Shown one piece after another: positions 1 to 8,063 of a stretch of DNA of 64,000 nt (position 1 is the stretch's first letter; the number at the start of each line of letters is the position of its first letter). The stretch is from Candidatus Poribacteria bacterium (GTDB lineage Bacteria; Poribacteria; WGA-4E; WGA-3G). The stretch is from positions 3,104,001 to 3,168,000 of the forward strand of contig OZ244048.1 of the NCBI GenBank assembly GCA_965215265.1. The letters are read 5' to 3'. A program made the position numbers and the translations under genes. The notes under the pieces were generated by a model, which saw only the letters and a program-made list of their open reading frames with translations, made no database searches and was not told the DNA's origin.

Positions 1-1
1 A

Positions 2-562
2 AAGCCAGAGAGACACGAACTCGTCGATATCCCAATTAATAGCATAATTGAACTCTCTGATATCACTACATACGAGGAGACCGGCGATACTTCACACGCA
101 TTTAAACTCGTCCTCGCGAAGAAGTATGTGGGCGACGGTCTCCTTCGCTATATGTATCATATCCAAGATGTGGAGAGCGAGCTCGTTGTCGGAGTCGATC
201 ATATCGCGGGAACAAAGGACGAGTACGAAATCTCTCGATGGATTATTGATGGCGAGCAAGATCTCAGCGATCCGTTGCCCGATACGATGACGCTCTATTA
301 TCCGCATCCCGATGATGAAGACCAGGAGATAGCAGTGGAATTCACTCGGCATGAGGTTATTGCTGCGACGCTTACTGTTACCAGTCCGCAAGGGCAACCC
401 GAGGAATTCACCGTAGAACTCCACGAATACGCTACCGAAGAGGAAGAGTTGATGTGTATTGAAGTTTGTGGAAAGTGGTTAACCTTCTATGTCGGTACGC
501 TTATAACGCGTTCCGATATTGAAATCTACCCGGCGATGAATACTGGAACTAAGGATGGATAA
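2..562 (+). CDS. Hypothetical acidic protein, 5'-partial
   Basis: The frame of ORF 128..562 is open back to position 2, so the gene probably starts before the window. No recognisable motif. Confidence 0.6.
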   Translation, partial: KPERHELVDIPINSIIELSDITTYEETGDTSHAFKLVLAKKYVGDGLLRYMYHIQDVESELVVGVDHIAGTKDEYEISRWIIDGEQDLSDPLPDTMTLYYPHPDDEDQEIAVEFTRHEVIAATLTVTSPQGQPEEFTVELHEYATEEEELMCIEVCGKWLTFYVGTLITRSDIEIYPAMNTGTKDG

Positions 563-582
563 TCTTATCCGAACGCGAATCT

Positions 583-846
583 TTGATTCAACGTCGGTGG
601 TCTGAATATCGTATCTATGCCAGGCGGTGGGTTGCTGAAAAAGATACGTCAAAGGTGTTGACTGAATTCATTGCTATACACTCGCATATCGATATGGACG
701 GAGAGGACGGTATCTTTGTACCTATAAGGCGATGCCGTCAATATCCACACGAACGGGTTGAGGTGGCGTTGGGTAGGTTGCAAATTAATAAACGTGTCCG
801 GGACTTGCTTACCGAGCAGGTTGTGGACAGTATGAAGGAGAGGTAA
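583..846 (+). CDS. Hypothetical protein
   Basis: 87-aa ORF tightly packed between co-oriented neighbours; TTG start is uncertain. Confidence 0.5.
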   Translation: MIQRRWSEYRIYARRWVAEKDTSKVLTEFIAIHSHIDMDGEDGIFVPIRRCRQYPHERVEVALGRLQINKRVRDLLTEQVVDSMKER

Positions 847-849
847 TAA

Positions 850-2370
850 ATGTCTGTCACAGATAAGATGCAAAAAGATATAACTAGACTATTAGAAGAA
901 GGTAAAAACCTACATCAGATTAAGATCATGGAGGGTATGCCAAAAAGCATAATTACTATCCGATTACAAGCTTCAGAGTTTATTATAAGACAGCATCTTG
1001 AAAAAGTCCCTACCAATCTCATTAAAGACTCGCTAAGCACCGGCCCGCGTACGAAGCATGTAGAGGAGACTATTTTCCGGTGGGAAATTTACAATAATAA
1101 ACTCCCTTCAGTAAGCATACCGGATATGGAAGAAAAAAAAGAGATATACTCGCTAATCATTAATTGGCGAATGAACGGAGGGTCCGAAATCGAGAGAAGA
1201 TTAAAAGAGAGAGGTAAGATAGAAGGTTATGGGATCGGTACTCTCAATAGAATGCTTAGACAATTAAAGATTTTCTGTAAAATAAGGAAAAACATTGAAG
1301 AACAACCTACGACAGAGGACACTATTGAAAAATCTATAGAGACGGACGGCACTATAAAGGATTCTACTGAAAGACAGCCCACGACAGAGACGCAGACTGA
1401 CAACAAACAACCTTACTTGGATAAGTCTTTCGAAAAAAAGGAAGTTGAAATCGATCCAGTTACCTACTTTGGTGGTACGGATACTATATCTAAGTTTACC
1501 GACAATATAGTAGATACTGATTTTTTTATTAAGACTAGCACCCAAAACGGGACTACACAAGTTACCCCTGGACAGAAGCACATGCACGAAGTCGTTTTTG
1601 TACAACAAGGGTTCTCCGGGGACATTTTACTAGGGGACTTTCATGATTTTAAAAAAAATATAGAAGACTATTCTTATGAATTTGATCGTATATTCCCAGG
1701 TTGGAAATATTTATTGTTTAATCTAATATCGACGGCTCCTACTCCTAACAAGCGTAAAGGAGGAAAAAAACCTTATGACCCAGATAACCGTTACGGACCT
1801 ATCCTTCAGGGGATTTTGGATCGGCAATTCAGGTATCAATGGACACCGCAAACCCTCGCATACAATCACTACGTATACGCGATTGTACTACAAAAAGTGC
1901 GCTCAGACGTTGATAATGCTGTAATCACATTTGAATTGCTTTTAGATTGTAAGGACTTTTTGATACCTTATTTTCCGTGGATAAAAGTGCCAATAGAAAG
2001 AGTGCTTGATTACCATCTACCAAAGACTTTAAGTAAAAAGGATGTTATACAGGATTTCATAAATCTTCCAAAACACGGTGCCGGGAGAGCATATGCGACA
2101 ATGCTCGCAGGCGTTCTTAGGTACTTTCCAAACTATGTAGGTAAAAGTGAAGGAACTTTTATAGACACTCTTAAGAAACACTCTTTGCTAAGCATTTTAG
2201 GTTCCTTATGTAAACCGCTTTTATGTAAAAAATATAAAGAGATCCAATCTGACATTACTACAGCAAAACTGACTGAATCTACGAAAGACGTTCTTGAGGA
2301 AAAAATATACGAATTAAATAAGATTACAAATAACGTTAAAGACAAATACGGTATAATTTTAAATAACTAA
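850..2370 (+). CDS. Hypothetical protein, AT-rich, possibly mobile-element derived
   Basis: 506-aa ORF with a GAGG RBS; internal repeat EQPTTE/RQPTTE; no family recognised. Confidence 0.75.
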   Translation: MSVTDKMQKDITRLLEEGKNLHQIKIMEGMPKSIITIRLQASEFIIRQHLEKVPTNLIKDSLSTGPRTKHVEETIFRWEIYNNKLPSVSIPDMEEKKEIYSLIINWRMNGGSEIERRLKERGKIEGYGIGTLNRMLRQLKIFCKIRKNIEEQPTTEDTIEKSIETDGTIKDSTERQPTTETQTDNKQPYLDKSFEKKEVEIDPVTYFGGTDTISKFTDNIVDTDFFIKTSTQNGTTQVTPGQKHMHEVVFVQQGFSGDILLGDFHDFKKNIEDYSYEFDRIFPGWKYLLFNLISTAPTPNKRKGGKKPYDPDNRYGPILQGILDRQFRYQWTPQTLAYNHYVYAIVLQKVRSDVDNAVITFELLLDCKDFLIPYFPWIKVPIERVLDYHLPKTLSKKDVIQDFINLPKHGAGRAYATMLAGVLRYFPNYVGKSEGTFIDTLKKHSLLSILGSLCKPLLCKKYKEIQSDITTAKLTESTKDVLEEKIYELNKITNNVKDKYGIILNN

Positions 2371-2385
2371 AGGTGAGTAGAATCT

Positions 2386-2454
2386 ATGAAGTTATTAATT
2401 CTTCTTTTTCTTTTAATTCTAGTACTGTTAGCTGCCACGCGGGCAGGGTTCTAA
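2386..2454 (+). CDS. Possible 22-aa hydrophobic peptide (MKLLILLFLLILVLLAATRAGF)
   Basis: AAGGTGAG RBS followed by ATG and a single hydrophobic helix; below the ORF-track cutoff. Confidence 0.4.
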   Translation: MKLLILLFLLILVLLAATRAGF

Positions 2455-2470
2455 CTAAAGGACATACTAC

Positions 2471-2641
2471 ATGATAAAAACTAAAGCAACACAAGCCGTA
2501 GAAATCTGGCGCGGTGCCGGTAAAAAAACCTTACAAGACGTTGCCATAGAGAACGGCGGCGTAAAAGAGGATACCGACGCAGACGCTGATGTTTTCCGAT
2601 TCAGTGATGCGTCAGTCCTTAAGGTTTTTCACGACGGGTGA
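2471..2641 (+). CDS. Small hypothetical protein (56 aa)
   Basis: AAGGA RBS, ATG at 2471, MIKTKATQAVEIWRG...VFHDG stop. Confidence 0.45.
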   Translation: MIKTKATQAVEIWRGAGKKTLQDVAIENGGVKEDTDADADVFRFSDASVLKVFHDG

Positions 2642-2813
2642 TATTTGACATTTTTAGGAGGGGGTAAATTTGAATTCTGATAACTATGAAGGTTTTATGA
2701 CTCCATTATTAAGGGGGGGGTCTTCTATGACTTATGAAAAACAACAGCGCATATATCCGGCTATATGGCGGATACTCTTCGGCTTGTAAAGGGGGCGCTG
2801 CTAGTGAAGACAA

Positions 2814-3719
2814 TCAACGGCGAAGATTCACCAGATAAATGCCCACTGCCACTAATGCTGAGCCAGTTAACAGACTCAGTGTCAATTCATCACCCAAAAG
2901 CAGATGGCTCAATAGCACACCAGCCAGAGGTGTTGCAAAAAAAAGTACTACAAGTTTACTTGCACTATAACGTTCAAGAATCGTGGTCCAAGCCAAATAG
3001 CAGAAACCTGCAATAACGCCCCCTTGATAGAGGAGTGCGGCAATGCCTGCTGTGGAAAATTGGAAATCCTTTCCACCTTCCAGGAGGAGACTCAACCCTA
3101 AAAAGCAGGGGAGTCCTAAGGATAACATCCAGACCAGCAGCCGGTAAGGATGAATCGCTTGGATCATTAATTTTGTGACGACAACGCGGAGCCCAAGAAA
3201 ACAGCCACTAACGAGAACTATCAGATCGCCGATTAAGGCGAAGCTGCCTATAGCGCTGTCTTGTTGCAAATTAGGTACAAAGGTGAAGAAAACGCCGCTG
3301 AAGGCAATTAGAATTCCCAGAGTTTTTAACACAGTGAGCTGTTCGCCGGGAATCCAGAAATGGGCAAACAACGCGGTGAAAAATGGATAGGCGTTAATGA
3401 GAATCGTTGAACGTGAGGCTGTCGTGAACAAGGTCCCAACGTTCAATGCAACAATCTGCAGTAGGAAAATCAAGGTGAGCAGTAGCAGGCGGGAAAATTC
3501 ACCCCGTTGCAATCGAAGCGGAATCCTTTGATAGAGGGCCCAACCCCCTACAGCGGCTAAACCTAATCCAAAGCGAAGAAAAGCAAGAGCCAGCGGCGGG
3601 AAATCCTGCAAACTGATTTTAATGGAGAGCGAGTTTCCCCCCCAAAGAAAAGCGAGAACCAAAGCAAGGGCGATAATCCTGCCGCTGGGATCCTCGCTTT
3701 TAACGTTAAGTTGTGCCAT
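2814..3719 (-). CDS. DMT/EamA family transporter
   Basis: About 10 TM helices with EamA motifs LWGGN...PPLALAFLRF and PFFTALFAHFW..GE. Confidence 0.9.
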   Translation of the reverse strand: MAQLNVKSEDPSGRIIALALVLAFLWGGNSLSIKISLQDFPPLALAFLRFGLGLAAVGGWALYQRIPLRLQRGEFSRLLLLTLIFLLQIVALNVGTLFTTASRSTILINAYPFFTALFAHFWIPGEQLTVLKTLGILIAFSGVFFTFVPNLQQDSAIGSFALIGDLIVLVSGCFLGLRVVVTKLMIQAIHPYRLLVWMLSLGLPCFLGLSLLLEGGKDFQFSTAGIAALLYQGGVIAGFCYLAWTTILERYSASKLVVLFFATPLAGVLLSHLLLGDELTLSLLTGSALVAVGIYLVNLRR

Positions 3720-3725
3720 TAAAAA

Positions 3726-4529
3726 TTAATCGTAAGCACCAGGGCGGTGGTTCCCCATTAAACGTTGTTGACGTTCTGTTGCCTGCTCCAAGATGGCCTC
3801 ATCAAATTGAAACCGGTTCAGGTAGGGTGGAAATTTCTGAGTTATCATCCGATTTGCATAATGTACCTGTAACAGATACCGAGTCTGCTGACTGTTATTA
3901 GCGGTGCCTCTATGCCAAACTTCACTCCGGAAAATTACCACGTCGCCGGCATTGCAGAGAATGCTCTGCTCTCCTGCCCCTTTCCATTGGGTTTCCCCGT
4001 CAGGTCTGCGTCCTGAAAGGTGGCTCCCTGGAACGAACTTCGTGGGGCCGAGTTCTTCATAAAGATTGTCAAGGTAGTAGTGTGCTGTTGTAATGAAAAT
4101 AGGGACCTTCACGCGCGGGTCTCCTAAAATGTCTGCCGGAAGCGAGATAGGCAACCAATCTGTATGCAAACCTTGGTCAGGACGGCCTGGCCCCGTTATC
4201 CATGCTGTCATACCGATAACGTGACAATCTTCACCGTGCACAGCTTCCGCTAACTCAATAACAGGCGACATATCAAGATATTGTAGGAATACCGGGTCGC
4301 GATTAAAAGCATTATTGATATGTTTGTTCAGGAATCCTTCACCGTTCTGTGGAACGTTATGCCGGTCGAAACTCTCAGGTATTGCTGTCAACCTATCCAT
4401 GGCTTCACGGAGTTCTGTAAGTTGTTCGGAATTGATAACGCTCGGCAGATATGCGTAGCCATCTTCTTCCATCGCGATAACCTGTTTGTCAAGCGCAGAA
4501 TAGGCAGTAAGTGGTAAGGCTTGCTGCAT
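3726..4529 (-). CDS. Phytanoyl-CoA dioxygenase (PhyH) family Fe(II)/2OG oxygenase
   Basis: EDGY N-terminus, HxD (LHTD), GPTKFVPGSH, AGDVVIFRSEVWHRGTAN..R. Confidence 0.9.
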   Translation of the reverse strand: MQQALPLTAYSALDKQVIAMEEDGYAYLPSVINSEQLTELREAMDRLTAIPESFDRHNVPQNGEGFLNKHINNAFNRDPVFLQYLDMSPVIELAEAVHGEDCHVIGMTAWITGPGRPDQGLHTDWLPISLPADILGDPRVKVPIFITTAHYYLDNLYEELGPTKFVPGSHLSGRRPDGETQWKGAGEQSILCNAGDVVIFRSEVWHRGTANNSQQTRYLLQVHYANRMITQKFPPYLNRFQFDEAILEQATERQQRLMGNHRPGAYD

Positions 4530-4710
4530 TAACCCTTCTCTCCTTTTGTGTACAGAATTATCTAGTTATCCTTGGTAACGTAGGGTCGGATTTGTAACAT
4601 TGTGACATGAAAACGTGGAAGAACACAATAACTCGCCCTAGCATCGAAATTATTATAACATTTTTACAAACATAGGTCAACATTTTTATTAAAAATTACG
4701 TTGTTAAAGT

Positions 4711-4732
4711 AAAGTGCATCCAAAAATGTGTT
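4711..4732 (+). repeat. 22-bp intergenic motif AAAGTGCATCCAAAAATGTGTT, copy 1 (upstream of infA)
   Basis: Identical to 6906..6927. Confidence 0.85.
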
Positions 4733-4787
4733 ATATTGAATAAAGTTAAAAACTATTGTAAAATTAAGAAAGGTAAGGAATACACAA

Positions 4788-5042
4788 ATGAAAAATAGAA
4801 GTTTAAGCCCCAAGCCATCAGCGAAAAACACAGCTATCCGGGTTCCAGGGCAGGTAGTTGAATCCCTACCGGGTAACCTCTTTCGCATAAAATTAGAAAA
4901 TGAGTACAAAGCGGTGGCGTACCTTGCCGGTAAACTGGTGCGACACAAAATTTGGGTTCTCCCAGGTGACCAAGTTACCGTAGAACTCTCTCCGTACGAC
5001 TTGACGCGAGGACGTATTATTTGGCGGAATCCTGAAGTTTAG
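4788..5042 (+). CDS. infA: Translation initiation factor IF-1
   Basis: S1 fold: GQVVESLPGNLFRIKLEN...GDQVTVELSPYDLTRGRII. Confidence 0.95.
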   Translation: MKNRSLSPKPSAKNTAIRVPGQVVESLPGNLFRIKLENEYKAVAYLAGKLVRHKIWVLPGDQVTVELSPYDLTRGRIIWRNPEV

Positions 5043-5054
5043 GGACAGAGAGTT

Positions 5055-6044
5055 ATGGAAGGAATTGTGATAAAAGCACGGGGTGGTACGTATGAAGTCC
5101 AGGTTGGCAAGCAGTGCTATACTTGTTCTCTGCGGCACCACCTCATTGAAGCGGAAAAACGGCGCCTTGCCGAAACAAAAGGGATGCCGTATGTCGAGCT
5201 TGCTGCAGTAGGCGACCGGGTGCATATCTCTACTTCCGCGAGCACATTTGAAAGTGGTTACATTGAGGAAATCCTTCCACGCGATACACAATTCGGTAGA
5301 ATTCGCATGGACGGTTGGCGGCAAGTGATTGTCGCTAATCTTGAAATGCTCCTCATCATCTTTGCGGCACGACAGCCTGCTCTCAAACTACGAATGCTTG
5401 ATCGATTCCTCGTCACAGCGGAAGCCTCAGATGTCATACCAATTATCTGTATTAACAAACTGGATTTGGTGAAATTAGCCGATGTCCAGAGAGAACTCAA
5501 TTTATATGAAGAATTGGGTTATACTGTGGTTTATACAAGTACGGTAACCGGGTTAGGCATTGACGGATTGCGCCGAGTGATGCAGGATAAAATATCAGCA
5601 ATTGTCGGAGTATCAGGTGTCGGGAAATCGTCTTTACTCAACGCACTACAGCCAGGTCTTCATCTGCGAATCGGTGATGTTGACGAGCGTATCCACAAAG
5701 GACGACATACGACAACGGAAGTGATGCTGCTGCCTCTGAAATTTGGAGGGTTTGTTGCCGATACTCCGGGCATCCGGACGCTCGGTTTACTAGAAATTGA
5801 CAACGAACAAGGGATGGATATTTATTTCCCGGAAATGCGTCCTTATATCCCTGAATGCAAATTCGCAGCATGTACACACCAGCATGAACCTGCCTGTGCA
5901 GTCAAACGTGCCGTCGAAACAGGCGATATTACACAACTCCGATATGAAAGTTATTTACGCATTTCCGGATTTAAGGAGGGTAGATATGAACGAAACACAG
6001 ATAGAAAACGTGTCTCCCGAAAAGAGCGACGCCGCAGACGATGA
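5055..6044 (+). CDS. rsgA: Ribosome small subunit-dependent GTPase A
   Basis: Circularly permuted GTPase motifs NKLD, GVSGVGKSS, GRHTTT, DTPG; Zn finger CKFAACTHQHEPAC. Confidence 0.95.
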   Translation: MEGIVIKARGGTYEVQVGKQCYTCSLRHHLIEAEKRRLAETKGMPYVELAAVGDRVHISTSASTFESGYIEEILPRDTQFGRIRMDGWRQVIVANLEMLLIIFAARQPALKLRMLDRFLVTAEASDVIPIICINKLDLVKLADVQRELNLYEELGYTVVYTSTVTGLGIDGLRRVMQDKISAIVGVSGVGKSSLLNALQPGLHLRIGDVDERIHKGRHTTTEVMLLPLKFGGFVADTPGIRTLGLLEIDNEQGMDIYFPEMRPYIPECKFAACTHQHEPACAVKRAVETGDITQLRYESYLRISGFKEGRYERNTDRKRVSRKERRRRR

Positions 6045-6816
6045 GCAAAAGAAGTGGTCAGACGCGATGCAGAATCTGCAGCGTATCATTGAAAAAAGTG
6101 AGCGAAAACTCGTCTACTTTCAAAATCGGGTGAAGCAAGCCCAATTTATGGATCGGCCAAATCTGCGAAAAATACGTGCAGCTAGTGCCCAAATTAGCAT
6201 GCATGCGGCGCACTTGGAAGCGCTTCAAAGTGAATTGCGCGAACTGGAACGGCGTTATAGCGGCGGTATATATCTACGCCAAACTAAAAAAAGCGACCTC
6301 CGCCGAATTTGGGGTTGGCTCAATCGCCCAAGAATACGAGAAATTTTATATCCTGTGAGCTGTACATTTGATGCTTTTAGCCTAGATTGCCAAAACTGGA
6401 TAACCAACCCGAAAACTTACGCTTTCTCAATTTTGATACGGCGTACAAAAACCCTCATTGGGTTTCTCGTCTTTCAAAGCGATGCAGATAGCGTTGTTGT
6501 CAAACTTATTGTTATTCAACCTGATTATCGGGGACGCGGATACGGCATCGATGCGCTAAGTCAGGCAGTGCATTTCGCATTTGAAGAATTGAATGCTGCG
6601 TACGTTACACTACAGGCTCCACCGGATAACGATGTAGCACTCGGCTGCTTTGAGAAGGCTGGATTCCACTACCTCGGTTACACTGATGATGTCAAGCCAT
6701 ACTATACAATGGAAATCGACAAGGACAACTGGGCAAGGGGCACAACATACAACCAGAGTCCCGCACCCCAGCGACTTACAGTTCCCCTCGGCGAACAGAT
6801 AAGAATAGAGCTGTGA
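5986..6816 (+). CDS. GNAT N-acetyltransferase (RimJ/RimL-like) with N-terminal coiled coil
   Basis: AAGGAGG RBS before ATG 5986; motif A PDYRGRGYG; DNDVALGCFEKAGF. Confidence 0.8.
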   Translation: MNETQIENVSPEKSDAADDEQKKWSDAMQNLQRIIEKSERKLVYFQNRVKQAQFMDRPNLRKIRAASAQISMHAAHLEALQSELRELERRYSGGIYLRQTKKSDLRRIWGWLNRPRIREILYPVSCTFDAFSLDCQNWITNPKTYAFSILIRRTKTLIGFLVFQSDADSVVVKLIVIQPDYRGRGYGIDALSQAVHFAFEELNAAYVTLQAPPDNDVALGCFEKAGFHYLGYTDDVKPYYTMEIDKDNWARGTTYNQSPAPQRLTVPLGEQIRIEL

Positions 6817-6905
6817 GTATTGATACCTATGCCTTATAATCTGCCTAAATCGCGAAAAAAGGGAAAATTTGCAAATTTTCCCTTTTTTTTTCACAAAATG
6901 ACTTA

Positions 6906-6927
6906 AAAGTGCATCCAAAAATGTGTT
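6906..6927 (+). repeat. 22-bp intergenic motif, copy 2
   Basis: Identical to 4711..4732. Confidence 0.85.
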
Positions 6928-6997
6928 TAAGTGAATCATTATCATTATTTATGATGATGATATCCTGTACCGCTATGCGGAAAAGGAGGTGCTTGTT

Positions 6998-7030
6998 ATG
7001 TTAGCAAACCAGAGGTGGTGTGACACCTAA
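6998..7030 (+). CDS. Possible 10-aa small ORF MLANQRWCDT
   Basis: AAGGAGGT RBS at 6983-6990, 7 nt before ATG; the stop codon lies in the loop of a hairpin. Confidence 0.4.
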   Translation: MLANQRWCDT

Positions 7031-7069
7031 GTGTCGTACCCTTATGGTGTGACGCTTCGGTGTCGCGCC
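7017..7069 (+). ncRNA. Candidate structured RNA: two tandem homologous 10-bp hairpins
   Basis: GGTGTGACAC-CTAA-GTGTCGTACC and GGTGTGACGC-TTCG-GTGTCGCGCC; G-U pairs work on the + strand; cUUCGg tetraloop. Confidence 0.55.
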
Positions 7070-7078
7070 CTTCAGGCC

Positions 7079-7114
7079 AGGGCAGGGGGCTGAACCCCCT
7101 CTGCCCTCATTTTT
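7079..7114 (+). terminator. Rho-independent terminator
   Basis: AGGGCAGGGGG-CTGAA-CCCCCTCTGCCCT GC-rich stem followed by CATTTTT. Confidence 0.7.
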
Positions 7115-7242
7115 ACCAGCCCAACTCGCTAAGTGTATATTGAGAAGGTTTTAATTTGATTTTTTTTGTATAACATGTTTAAAGGAAGTTAGCCTCGGTA
7201 AACGGATGACTAAACAACTGAAATAAAAAGGAGGTACCTATT

Positions 7243-7344
7243 ATGCGATTCAACCTAGCGACCCTTCACTCAAATTTATCTATGAAAGCCTGCACGTTGC
7301 AGGTGGAAATCATTGTTAGGCGAGGTGCCTCTGCCGATAATTGA
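7243..7344 (+). CDS. Possible 33-aa small ORF (MRFNLATLHSNLSMKACTLQVEIIVRRGASADN)
   Basis: AAGGAGGT RBS; followed by a TCAGGAT..ATCCTGA hairpin. Confidence 0.45.
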   Translation: MRFNLATLHSNLSMKACTLQVEIIVRRGASADN

Positions 7345-7550
7345 TTTTTCGTCCTATTCAGGATATTCAGTTAATCCTGAGATTTTCAGGCATAAGAAGT
7401 CCCTGAGAAAGCCTCAATTGGGATGACAATCCTCTAATTTTAATTTTTTAAGCACAAACCAGCTCGTTAAGTTGGTGGAATGCCCAGGGGGCAAAAATTA
7501 CGAAAAACCGGCATAGGCCCTTCAGCCTCAAGCTGCGGGAGTAACTCTCT

Positions 7551-7925
7551 ATGCCAAAATTTAATCCGGATTTCTGGGAGGTTTCGGTTCCACCCGAATA
7601 TTTCGACCGGTTCACTAATGAAGATCATCTCTGGTACCAGCCTCCTAACAGCAAATACGCGCGGACGTACCGCGCGAAACGTCGGAAAGTTCTCAAACAG
7701 ATCCGTCAAATCATCGCGAAAGATCTGACAGCCCGCCAAGCGGAATGTATCCAACTCTACTTCTACGAAGGCAAAACACAAGAAGAGATTGGTAAACTTC
7801 TGGGTATATCGCGCCGCGTTGTCAGTCAACACCTTTTTGGTGTCACGCGTAACGGAAAGCAGATTGGTGGTGCAATTAATAAAATTCGCAAGATGTGCCG
7901 CAAGCAGGGGATTGAATTTCCGTAG
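7551..7925 (+). CDS. Stand-alone sigma-70 region 4 / HTH protein
   Basis: LTARQAECIQLYFYEGKTQEEIGKLLGISRRVVSQHL; no region 2 visible. Confidence 0.8.
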   Translation: MPKFNPDFWEVSVPPEYFDRFTNEDHLWYQPPNSKYARTYRAKRRKVLKQIRQIIAKDLTARQAECIQLYFYEGKTQEEIGKLLGISRRVVSQHLFGVTRNGKQIGGAINKIRKMCRKQGIEFP

Positions 7926-8063
7926 ACGCTGTACCGGAAACTATCTATTAGCCTTGCCTTATAGGTGTAAATTAAGAAGAGAGGTAACCTTAAGAGTTAC
8001 CTCTCAACAATCCTCAATTAAAGCATTAATTCAAATTTTGTTTTATATTTCTGGATATTTTAA

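Noticed and set aside
7017-7069. CRISPR mini-array
   Set aside because: Only two imperfect units 5 nt apart, with no spacer and no cas genes.
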